42,132 nt of DNA from Myxococcota bacterium (lineage in GTDB: Bacteria; Myxococcota; JACRCW01). The notes under the pieces were generated by a model, which saw only the letters and a program-made list of their open reading frames with translations, made no database searches and was not told the DNA's origin. The position numbers and the translations under genes were made by a program. Every line of letters starts with the position of its first letter. Position 1 is the stretch's first letter. The stretch lies in contig JBFMGU010000070.1 in NCBI GenBank assembly GCA_040752415.1, forward strand, positions 1-42,132, read 5' to 3'. Positions 19,001-25,818 of this stretch are shown in pieces.

Positions 19001-19072
19001 AGGCTGACAGGAGGGCTGACAACCCACCCCCAGCACCATCCCCACGACGACAACGGCGCAAGCACGCATCAT
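16031..19072 (-). CDS. Large lipoprotein with C-terminal PHP-like (CehA/McbA-type) metallohydrolase domain
   Basis: VLGVGC lipobox, short Cys module CVTDADCPFVQECRDATC, beta-sandwich domains, metal ligands DWHQHS, SDHD, GHFN, NHP, SDTH. Confidence 0.85.
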   Translation of the reverse strand: MMRACAVVVVGMVLGVGCQPSCQPAASTCVTDADCPFVQECRDATCQDGALAAALPPLPPSGGPGGARAFYVDDVSGMREGNAAQARPGDLVIQNNHARFVIQKPGREIAVAPFGGNVIDAVALVDGQPLPDEFGELQPVLNLGSTVNFTRLDVVRDGSDGGSVVVRAYGRPALWEYVNLGGFMGDLLATSVPFDPDQNLVMKVVATYELPADKPFLRITWTMVNQDTVGFQLPVGIAVDSGGEVLPFRAGPGFGSTAYNVDAVLSGDNAVPWFGFSGKQVSTAIRPRSVLGDASATSTNPTVQVAGVTVSLFSKPDVLSALESADLFLEAGHAWSYGVDLAVSGSSLAAASAILMQEQGLATRSFRVRVVDEETSAPIRDALVLIRGQHTDPDSRPTVASGRTDELGVARFQVPPGAVDVQVRAEGREPAEDLRLTEDKDEALITMLTAGNLSYRFRVARRMDRPTTEAAPCRITVVGADQEPDDAARRAVFDRPPYGVAALRYSETCDSASDGALKLAPGRYLVIASAGPAYDIWQGLVDVGTTTASVEGTLHRVVDDGPYLATDWHQHSVNSPDSPIPLRDRLRSYLGEGIELFGGSDHDVVTDWERIVAELGFSDRIVAINGVECTPFDYGHFNIFPLSPNQNMVNGGALDWAGGDGPNLAPPQLFQAYRQMGAQVVQVNHPRQVTGFGFQTYFDRAALTFDPVSGVAFGDVEKQPLPNEMLRIPAQEPMWTAEFDAVEIYNGFRPYDGTLPTRPAGDRKADRIMLDVGNLILVGHRPIMTGTSDTHGLAADQNGYPRTYVRASRGADGRVDPWDVLNALAGTGNAPNRGDVIVSNGPMPIITASYGATRVSPGGLVVAPQRVTVEIDVVTPRWMPLASADVLVSPHYVEDPGEMATPPAPALSAPLGEPVVETLQNGGERLRYHATLDVDVAQHNPFAGKDAFLVVRVHGAQPVWPVLTAGLALQIDENGQTPEEFLQVRNGIAALAMANPIYVDVDGDGRFTGAWEH

Positions 19073-19911
19073 GACAGCAGCTCCCGTGGAACACGCCTTG
19101 GGGTCCAGATTCCGCCACGCAGCTCCACGCGTGTGGGCGCGCCGGGAACGCCGTGCTCCTCGGGATGCAGCGCATCACCGGGGAACGCGAGGATGGGCGT
19201 GTCCTCCAGCGTGTGGAATTCCGGCAGGATGGGCTGCACCGGCCGCTGCGCACCCCGCACCGCCTCCTCGAACGACGTCGAGCGGGAGAGTCCGTCGAGC
19301 ACGCACAGCGTTGGCGGCGGAAGGACAATCTGGCCTTCCAGGTGCGCACTGACGGCGTTGCGCGGGGTGAACCATTGGCCGGCGGAGGCTTCCTGCTTGT
19401 CCACTTCGGGTTCCTGTCCGTCGGGGAGCGGCACCACGAAGAAGCGCGCGCTGAACCGCTTGGCCTCCACCACCGGCGTGATCCAGTGCGCCAGGTAGCG
19501 GAACCTGTTCCCATCCACGACGAGAGAACGGGCCCGCAGCGCCTCCCGGAAGCTCGTCCCGTCAAGGAGCGCCTGGCGCACCGCGCGCGCGTCGTCGGAG
19601 GTGGCACCGGCGGCCACCAGCACGCCCGCTTCCTCCAGCAGCTCACGCGCGGCCGCCACGACGAAAGCGAGCGCGTCCTTGACGGAGAGCCCCATCTGGT
19701 GCGCCAGCGTCTGCGCGTGCTCCAGGTCGACGAGCTCGGCGGTCACCACCTCCTCGTCCTCGGCGTCGAGGCGGCCGCCGGGAAACACGTGCGCACCGCC
19801 CATGAAGCGCTGGGTGGCCACGCGTTGGATGAGGAAGGCGTCCACCGGGGTCCCGGGCCTGAGCAGGACGGTGGTGGCGGCGGGACGAGGCTCTGCTGCG
19901 GGTTGATTCAT
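19069..19911 (-). CDS. NUDIX hydrolase (NUDT19-like extended subfamily)
   Basis: FMGGAHVFPGGRLD, AAARELLEEAGV, AHWITP...KRFSARFF, LPPPT motifs. Confidence 0.92.
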   Translation of the reverse strand: MNQPAAEPRPAATTVLLRPGTPVDAFLIQRVATQRFMGGAHVFPGGRLDAEDEEVVTAELVDLEHAQTLAHQMGLSVKDALAFVVAAARELLEEAGVLVAAGATSDDARAVRQALLDGTSFREALRARSLVVDGNRFRYLAHWITPVVEAKRFSARFFVVPLPDGQEPEVDKQEASAGQWFTPRNAVSAHLEGQIVLPPPTLCVLDGLSRSTSFEEAVRGAQRPVQPILPEFHTLEDTPILAFPGDALHPEEHGVPGAPTRVELRGGIWTPRRVPRELLS

Positions 19912-20187
19912 GGCTGCGCATCCTTGGGCAACTGCGGCGCGGTGCCAAGCGTGCTGCCGCGGGAACCGCCCGTTGCGGCCGCAAGTTGTGCCACCTGCCT
20001 CGGGCGTTGCGATACGCGAAGACTCGTGGGCGTTGCCTTCAGCGTGCGGGGCGAGTCGTGGCTACGCGCGCGTGCCCGCATTTCTCGCGCTGGAGGACGA
20101 CACGCCGTGCGGTGATGGAACGCATCTCGTCCGTCGTCGACGTGCGCTCACGTCGGGCAGGACGCGCACACCGGACGACCGCGACGA

Positions 20188-21144
20188 TCACTTCTTGACG
20201 GGAGCAACCGCCTTGGGCGCCGCGGGCGCGGGCTTGCCAGGCGCGACGCCGGGTTTGGCGGGAGCAGCACCGGGCTTGGCGGCGGAAGCGACCCCCGGCT
20301 TCGCCCCGGCGGGAGCACCGGGCTTGGCGGGCACAGCACCCGGCTTGGCGGCAGGCGCACCCGGCTTGGCGGCAGGCGCACCGGGCTTGGCGGGAGCACC
20401 CTTGGCGGCGGGTGTTTCGGCCTTGGGAGGTGCGGGAGGGGGCTTGGGCGGCGCGTTGGGGTCCACCGCGGGGCGTGAGAGGTCGCTGACGTCCACCTGC
20501 TGGTCCGCAAACAGCTTGTACAGCTGCATGGGCCCCTTCTTCAGCGCAATCTCCGCTTCCGAGGCGTAGATGGGGAGCATCCAGAAGATCTCCACCTTGG
20601 CCCCGTCCTGCCGCTTGAACTCGTGGAAGCCCGGCACGAACTGCAGCGGCGGAAGCAGCAACACCGCGTCCATGGCGCTGAAGGTCTTGATGTCGTCGGG
20701 GGACTGGATCACCGCGCCCGCACCCAGCGCCACCTTGTTGCGCTCCGGGTACAGCGCCAGCGCCGCCATGACGGAGTTGATGGCCGCCGTCTTGTCCTTG
20801 TCCGGCTCGCCGCGCGTCAGCAGGTAGGCCTCCATGCGGCGCCCGTCCGTCATCTTGGCCTGCGAGGCGCCCACCGTGGCGAACACCGAGGTGGCCCCGT
20901 TCCCCATGCTGAACCGCGCCACTTCCATGCGCTGCACCGCGCTGGTGGCCAACCCCGGCTTCTTGAACTCCACCACCCCCGCCGGGTTCCCGAAGTGGTT
21001 CATCAGGTGTGAGCGCACCGCCAGGATGTCCGCCGGCACGTCCGGCAGCGCGGGCTGCTTGGGTGGTGGCGGCGCGGTCCTGGGGGCCGGCTTCCCGCCC
21101 TTCCCCTTGTTCTTCTTGTCCTTGTCCTTCCCCGGCGTCTTCAT
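20188..21144 (-). CDS. Suppressor-of-fused (SUFU)-like domain protein with Lys-rich N-terminus and Pro/Ala/Lys repeat tail
   Basis: HLMNHFG, FATVGAS..M...RRME, FWMLPIYASE....KKG...L, DLSRP pattern; AGGAGG RBS before ATG 21144. Confidence 0.78.
   Translation of the reverse strand: MKTPGKDKDKKNKGKGGKPAPRTAPPPPKQPALPDVPADILAVRSHLMNHFGNPAGVVEFKKPGLATSAVQRMEVARFSMGNGATSVFATVGASQAKMTDGRRMEAYLLTRGEPDKDKTAAINSVMAALALYPERNKVALGAGAVIQSPDDIKTFSAMDAVLLLPPLQFVPGFHEFKRQDGAKVEIFWMLPIYASEAEIALKKGPMQLYKLFADQQVDVSDLSRPAVDPNAPPKPPPAPPKAETPAAKGAPAKPGAPAAKPGAPAAKPGAVPAKPGAPAGAKPGVASAAKPGAAPAKPGVAPGKPAPAAPKAVAPVKK
20215..20410 (-). repeat. ~21-nt coding repeat (AKPGAPA-like)
   Basis: Recurrent plus-strand gcaccgggcttggcgg; about eight AKPG/KPA units in the translation. 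Confidence 0.85.
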
Positions 21145-21266
21145 GCGTCCCTCCTGAAGAGAGGCGCCTTCTTTCACATGACTCCCGCCCGTTCGTCACC
21201 ACCTCCGGCCCCCGCAAACATGGCGGTGGATGTGTGACACGCAACCACTTCCAGATCCCCAGAAAC

Positions 21267-21285
21267 GTTGCGACTTTTCCGCAAC
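21267..21285. promoter_or_regulatory. Palindromic putative operator in a divergent intergenic region
   Basis: GTTGCG-acttttc-CGCAAC; an extra CGCAACC half-site 40 bp upstream at 21240. Confidence 0.35.
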
Positions 21286-21440
21286 CCATCCGACATCAGC
21301 ACGATACTTGGGCTGTCCGCGGGATGGTGGCGGTCCTACTCGAAATGACCGGCGGTCTTGAGTTAGGTTCCAGCTCCAGCTCGCACTGCTCTTGAAACCG
21401 GATCACCGACAAGGTCGGGATCACAGCAAGGAGAACTCCG

Positions 21441-22262
21441 ATGGCGGTCAACAGCATCTCGGCAGGTGGTTGCTACACTCCGGCTCGCACGGCCCCCCAG
21501 GGTTCCACGTCCGAGGCCACCGTGACGCGCGGCCGTGACGGCTCCATCACGCTGGATGCCGGCCGTGGCGATGACGCCATCAACGTCTCCAAGGGCCGCG
21601 ACGGGATGTACGACGTCAACGTCAACGGTGTGAGCCACCGCTTCACCGAGGACGAGATGAACCGCCTGACCATCAAGGGCGGCAAGGGCAATGACCGCAT
21701 CAACATCGACTCCAGCGTCACCGCCTCGGGGCTCAAGATTGATGGTGGCAAGGGCAATGACACCATCAGCAACGCCGCCGACGGTGTGAGCATCCAGGGC
21801 GGCAAGGGCCACGACACGATTCGCAACCTGGGTGACAATGTCAACATTGACGGCGGCAAGGGCAATGACCGCATCACCAACTGGGGCGACGGGGCCCGCA
21901 TCAACGGCGGCAAGGGCAACGACTTCATCAACTCCTTTGGCGACGACAACTTCATCCACGGCGGCAAGGGCGCGGACACCATCAACGCCTACGGCGACGG
22001 GAACGCCATCCACGGCGGCAAGGGCTGGGACAACATCTTCGTCAACGGCAACCGCAACTCCGTGGACGGCGGCAAGGGCTGGGACAACATTGGCGTGTGC
22101 GGCCACTTCAACAACATCCAGGGCGGCGCCGGGTTCGACAACCTGACCGCGCGCGGCTTCTTCAACAGCATGGACGCCGGCAACTGCTTCGGCCGCCAGC
22201 TGGACCTGGGCAACATGGCGTGGCACGCGCTGGCCAACGTGCTGGCCCGCCTCCCGCTTTGA
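21441..22262 (+). CDS. RTX/hemolysin-type calcium-binding repeat protein
   Basis: Eight GGKGxD plus AGRGDD and GGAGFD nonapeptide-type repeats, mostly at 18-aa spacing; AAGGAG RBS; no Sec signal. Confidence 0.9.
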   Translation: MAVNSISAGGCYTPARTAPQGSTSEATVTRGRDGSITLDAGRGDDAINVSKGRDGMYDVNVNGVSHRFTEDEMNRLTIKGGKGNDRINIDSSVTASGLKIDGGKGNDTISNAADGVSIQGGKGHDTIRNLGDNVNIDGGKGNDRITNWGDGARINGGKGNDFINSFGDDNFIHGGKGADTINAYGDGNAIHGGKGWDNIFVNGNRNSVDGGKGWDNIGVCGHFNNIQGGAGFDNLTARGFFNSMDAGNCFGRQLDLGNMAWHALANVLARLPL

Positions 22263-22288
22263 TGAACTGACCACCTCCCCTCGGTCAC

Positions 22289-22333
22289 ACAAGAGCGCGC
22301 GTCCCACTCCCGGGCCGCGCGCTTTTGTCTTTT
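22289..22333 (+). terminator. Intrinsic terminator after the RTX-repeat gene
   Basis: ACAAGAGCGCGCG / CGCGCGCTTTTGT stem followed by CTTTT. Confidence 0.75.
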
Positions 22334-22398
22334 CCGGGGTTGGACTCGTGGCGCGTTTTTGCGAGAGTGACGACGACAAACACGCACGGGGGGACCAA

Positions 22399-23664
22399 AT
22401 GGTGGGACGCGGCGTGGGGTGCTGGGCGTTGGCGGTGCTGCCTCTCCTGCTCACGGGCGTGGAGGCCCACGCGGAGGCGCAGGGGGTTGCCGCCAGGGTG
22501 GCGTTCGTGAAGGGGACCGCCACGCGTTCACTGCCGAGCGGCGGGCCGGCACAGCCGCTGCGTCGCGCGGAGTACGTGCGGGAGGGGGAGACCGTGGCCA
22601 CGGAGGACGGAGCGCTCCTGCAGCTCACCCTGGCCGACGGCTCGCTCTTGCGCCTGGGTCCCAGGAGCAGACTCAAGGTGCGCCCCGCCGCGCCCTCGGC
22701 CACGGGTCCCGTGCCACAAGCGGAGCTGGGCGCGGGGATGCTCTGGGCGCGCATCACCAAGGCGGTGGGCGGGGAGACGCGCTTCAAGCTGCACACGCAG
22801 AATGCGGTGACCGGCGTGCGGGGCACCGTGTTCACCGTGAGCCTGGGGCCCGACGGGGGCGCGGTGGTGGCGGTCTACGAGGGCCTGGTGTCGGTGGGTG
22901 GCCCCGAGGGCGGCACGGCCATCTGGGAACGCGCGGTGGCGGCCAACATGGGCATCGTGGTGGGGCCCGACGGCGCGCCCGCGGAGCCGCAGCCCCTCAG
23001 CGCGCTGTTGCAAGGCGCCCGCGCCGCTGGCGACGTGCAGTGGACCGCGTGGAACCAGGAGATGGACGCCGCGCCCGCGCCCGAGGGTGAGCCTGCGGGT
23101 GAGTCGGGGCCGGGCGCGAAGAAGGAGGATCCCGCGCTGCGCCTCCGCGACGATCTCTCCACCCGCTCCCCCGAGCAGATGCTCGCCGACAACGAGCGCG
23201 CCATGGCGGAGATGCGCGACGCGCTGAAGGTCACCCTGGACCTCCTGTCCAAGGCCCGCCTCAAGAAGGACATCGTCCTGCTCAACTGCGTCAATGAGCG
23301 GCTCACCCAGATCAAGGGCGTGCTGAAGGTGGCGGAGGAGGCCAGCACCGCGCTGCAGGAGCACGCCGCGGCGGGCCAGGACTCGGAAGCGCGCGTGGCC
23401 TACAGCAAGATCGTGCTGGCCAAGGAGCGCATTGCCACGCTGCGGGTGCAGGCGCAGAACTGCGTGGGCGCGGAGGGCTACTACGGCGGTGAGACGGAGG
23501 TGGTCACGGACATTGATCCGGAGCTGGCCGGAGGTGACCCCTTCTTTGGTGACCGCGGGACGCTGGACAACCCGCGCGACGACAACGCTGACCGCAAGGA
23601 CACCGCCGACAACACCAGCGAAGAGACGCCGCCACCGCCACCGCCCAGCAGCGTGTTCCAGTGA
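22399..23664 (+). CDS. Secreted FecR-domain protein fused to a helical Cys-pair domain
   Basis: Signal peptide ending AHA; GETVAT...LTLADGSLLRLGPRS...TQNAVTGVRGTVF FecR pattern; C-terminal helical DIVLLNCVNERL...AQNCVG region and acidic/Pro tail. Confidence 0.82.
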   Translation: MVGRGVGCWALAVLPLLLTGVEAHAEAQGVAARVAFVKGTATRSLPSGGPAQPLRRAEYVREGETVATEDGALLQLTLADGSLLRLGPRSRLKVRPAAPSATGPVPQAELGAGMLWARITKAVGGETRFKLHTQNAVTGVRGTVFTVSLGPDGGAVVAVYEGLVSVGGPEGGTAIWERAVAANMGIVVGPDGAPAEPQPLSALLQGARAAGDVQWTAWNQEMDAAPAPEGEPAGESGPGAKKEDPALRLRDDLSTRSPEQMLADNERAMAEMRDALKVTLDLLSKARLKKDIVLLNCVNERLTQIKGVLKVAEEASTALQEHAAAGQDSEARVAYSKIVLAKERIATLRVQAQNCVGAEGYYGGETEVVTDIDPELAGGDPFFGDRGTLDNPRDDNADRKDTADNTSEETPPPPPPSSVFQ

Positions 23665-23670
23665 GGGTCG

Positions 23671-23707
23671 AAAAGAAAACGCCGCACGGTGGCGGCGTCT
23701 TCTTCTT
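23671..23707. terminator. Bidirectional intrinsic terminator between the FecR-like gene and the tRNA
   Basis: AAAAGAAAACGCCGC-acggtg-GCGGCGTCTTCTTCTT; pyrimidine tails on both strands. Confidence 0.8.
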
Positions 23708-23711
23708 CGGA

Positions 23712-23784
23712 TGGAGCAGACCGGGATCGAACCGGCGACCTCTACAATGCGAATGTAGCGCTCTCCCAGCTGAGCTACTGCCCC
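23712..23784 (-). tRNA. tRNA-Ala (anticodon CGC), CCA not encoded
   Basis: GGGGCAGTAGCTCAGCTGGGAGAGCGCTACATTCGCATTGTAGAGGTCGCCGGTTCGATCCCGGTCTGCTCCA: cloverleaf, G3:U70 Ala identity pair, GTTCGAT T-loop. Confidence 0.98.
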
Positions 23785-23799
23785 GCGAACGGGGCCGCT

Positions 23800-23828
23800 G
23801 AAGTAGAGAAGGACCGTCCCCGTGTCAA
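23800..23828 (-). promoter_or_regulatory. Sigma70-type promoter of the tRNA
   Basis: Minus strand TTGACA-17 nt-TACTTC, ending 15 nt before the tRNA 5' end. Confidence 0.5.
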
Positions 23829-23893
23829 GGACGATGTGAAGCGGTCGCAAAAAGGCGCGGGGATTCAGGGCGTGTTAATCGGCAGGGGCAGCC

Positions 23894-25177
23894 ATGACCA
23901 GCGCAGTGGTGTCGGCCCCGCCGCACGTGGACAATCCGCCCAAGAAGCATGAGCCGTGGACCGGGCTGGTCCTCTCCGGCGGCGGTGCGCGGGGCGCCTA
24001 TGAAGCCGGTGTGATCCGCTACATCCGGGAGCAGCTCCCAGAACGCGCTCGCGCCCGCGCCCGGTTCGAGATCATCACGGGCACCAGCGTGGGCGCGCTG
24101 AACGCGTGCTTCCTGGCCGCCCACGCCCACCTCGTGGAGACGCAGGCCCGGCAGCTCTGTGAGATGTGGGAGAACCTCCGGATCGAGCGCGTGTACCAGG
24201 TGGGCTGGCGCGAGCTGTTCAACCTCCCCCGCTTCCTCCTGGGCAGCGGCGGTTTTGGCGAGCTGGACGACCGCGTGGGGCCGGGTCGCTACGGCGGGCT
24301 GGTCCACACCGGTCCGCTGGAGGCGCTGGTCAAGAGCGGGAACCGCTGGGGGATGATCAGCCGCAACGTGGCCGCCCGTCGGGTGGAGGCCCTCAGCGTC
24401 ACCGCCACCGACATTGGCACCGGCAAGAGTGTGGTCTGGGTGGAGCGCCACGGCGGCGGCATCCCGGAGTGGAGCAAGGACCCCTACGTGGTGGCCCGGC
24501 CCACGCGCATCACGCACCAGCACGCGCTGGCCTCCGCCGCCATCCCCTGGCTCTTCCCCGCCGTGGAGGTGGAAGGCCGCACCTACTGCGACGGTGGTCT
24601 CCGCCAGAACACCCCCCTCTCCCCCGCCATCCGCCTCGGCGCGGACCGCGTGCTGGTCATCAGCCTCCGCCACGAGGAGAGCCCCGACGAGCTGGCCCGC
24701 CTGGAACGCGAGCGCGTGGATGCCTTCCCCTCCGCGCTCTACCTGCTGGGCAAGATCCTCAACGCGCTGCTGCTGGATCACACGGAGTACGACCTGGAGC
24801 GGCTGCGTCGGACGAACGCGCTGCTGGAGGCCGGGGAGAAGAGCTACGGCACCGACTTCACGCACCGCCTCCGCTCGATCATGGACCCCATGCGCGGCGC
24901 GGGCTTCCGCATCGTCAAGGACCTGGTGATCAAGCCCAGCAAGAACATCGGCGTCATTGCCGCGCGGTACGCCAAGCTGGGCAGCGCCGCGGCGCGCGCC
25001 GGCGGTGTCATTGGCCGCATCATCAAGCGGATTGGCGAGGAGGAGGGCCTGGTGGAGTCCGACCTGCTCAGCTACCTCCTCTTTGACGGCGAGTACGCCC
25101 GCGAGCTCATTGAGCTGGGCATGCATGACGCCGACGCCAACCGCCAGAAGCTCATTGATTTCTTCACCAGCGGCTAA
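23894..25177 (+). CDS. Patatin-like phospholipase
   Basis: [15 protein letters not shown] (GxSxG), ASAAIP, DGG motifs. Confidence 0.95.
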   Translation: MTSAVVSAPPHVDNPPKKHEPWTGLVLSGGGARGAYEAGVIRYIREQLPERARARARFEIITGTSVGALNACFLAAHAHLVETQARQLCEMWENLRIERVYQVGWRELFNLPRFLLGSGGFGELDDRVGPGRYGGLVHTGPLEALVKSGNRWGMISRNVAARRVEALSVTATDIGTGKSVVWVERHGGGIPEWSKDPYVVARPTRITHQHALASAAIPWLFPAVEVEGRTYCDGGLRQNTPLSPAIRLGADRVLVISLRHEESPDELARLERERVDAFPSALYLLGKILNALLLDHTEYDLERLRRTNALLEAGEKSYGTDFTHRLRSIMDPMRGAGFRIVKDLVIKPSKNIGVIAARYAKLGSAAARAGGVIGRIIKRIGEEEGLVESDLLSYLLFDGEYARELIELGMHDADANRQKLIDFFTSG

Positions 25178-25188
25178 CGGAGGGCAGC

Positions 25189-25818
25189 ATGCCTTTTGCG
25201 CTGCAGATCAGCTCGTCCGCGTCGTGGGACCGGTTGGAGAAGCTGTTGCAGGAGCGACGCACACCCGGCGCCGACAAGGCCGCGGTGGACGAGCGCATCT
25301 GGGACCTGTTTGGCGAGGAGTGGGCGGTCATGTTCACCGACCTCTCCGGCTTCTCCCGCGCGGTGGCCACCTTCGGCATCATCCACTTCCTGCAGATCAT
25401 CCACGAGAGCTGGCGCCTGCTCATCCCCTGCATTGACCGCCACGACGGAATCCTGCTCAAGACGGAAGCGGACAGCCTGCTGGTCATCTTCCGTCGACCG
25501 GAGCGCGCGCTCTCCTGTGCGCTGGCCATGCAGGAGGCGCTGCAGGCCTACAACGTGGACCGCTCCGCCGAGGAGAAGGTGCTGCTGTGCGTGGGACTGG
25601 GCTACGGCAAGATGCTCCGCATTGGTGAGCACGACGTCTACGGCGCCGAGGTCAACGCGGCCAGCAAGCTGGGAGAGGACACCGCCAAGGCCGGCGAGAT
25701 CCTCGTCACCGCGAACGTGAAGGAAGCCGTGGGCCAGGTGGATGAGGTGCGTTTCGAGCCGATTGCGGAGATTCCGCCTGGCGCATCCGCCGCGTTCCGC
25801 GCCGTCTACAAGCTCTGA
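25189..25818 (+). CDS. Standalone class III adenylate/guanylate cyclase
   Basis: VMFTDLSGFS, LKTEADS, GLGYG, DVYGAEVNAASKL; GGAGG RBS, 11 nt after the patatin stop. Confidence 0.93.
   Translation: MPFALQISSSASWDRLEKLLQERRTPGADKAAVDERIWDLFGEEWAVMFTDLSGFSRAVATFGIIHFLQIIHESWRLLIPCIDRHDGILLKTEADSLLVIFRRPERALSCALAMQEALQAYNVDRSAEEKVLLCVGLGYGKMLRIGEHDVYGAEVNAASKLGEDTAKAGEILVTANVKEAVGQVDEVRFEPIAEIPPGASAAFRAVYKL

Noticed and set aside
19928..19993. Sigma54 promoters (TGGCAC motifs on the minus strand)
   Set aside because: GG-to-GC spacing is off by one or two bases; similar motifs near 21297 and 21381 lack the GG
21441..22262. DGR-like template/variable repeats or a non-coding array within the 54-nt periodicity
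   Set aside because: Periodicity is explained by RTX coding repeats; no reverse transcriptase in the window
23712..23784. tRNA-Ala as an integration site for an island or prophage
   Set aside because: No integrase, no duplicated tRNA 3' end seen, and its terminator follows directly
23894..25818. Calling the patatin-cyclase pair a canonical CBASS or Pycsar system
   Set aside because: No CD-NTase, no cNMP-binding effector fusion, and the cyclase residues look adenylyl-type; kept only as a hypothesis
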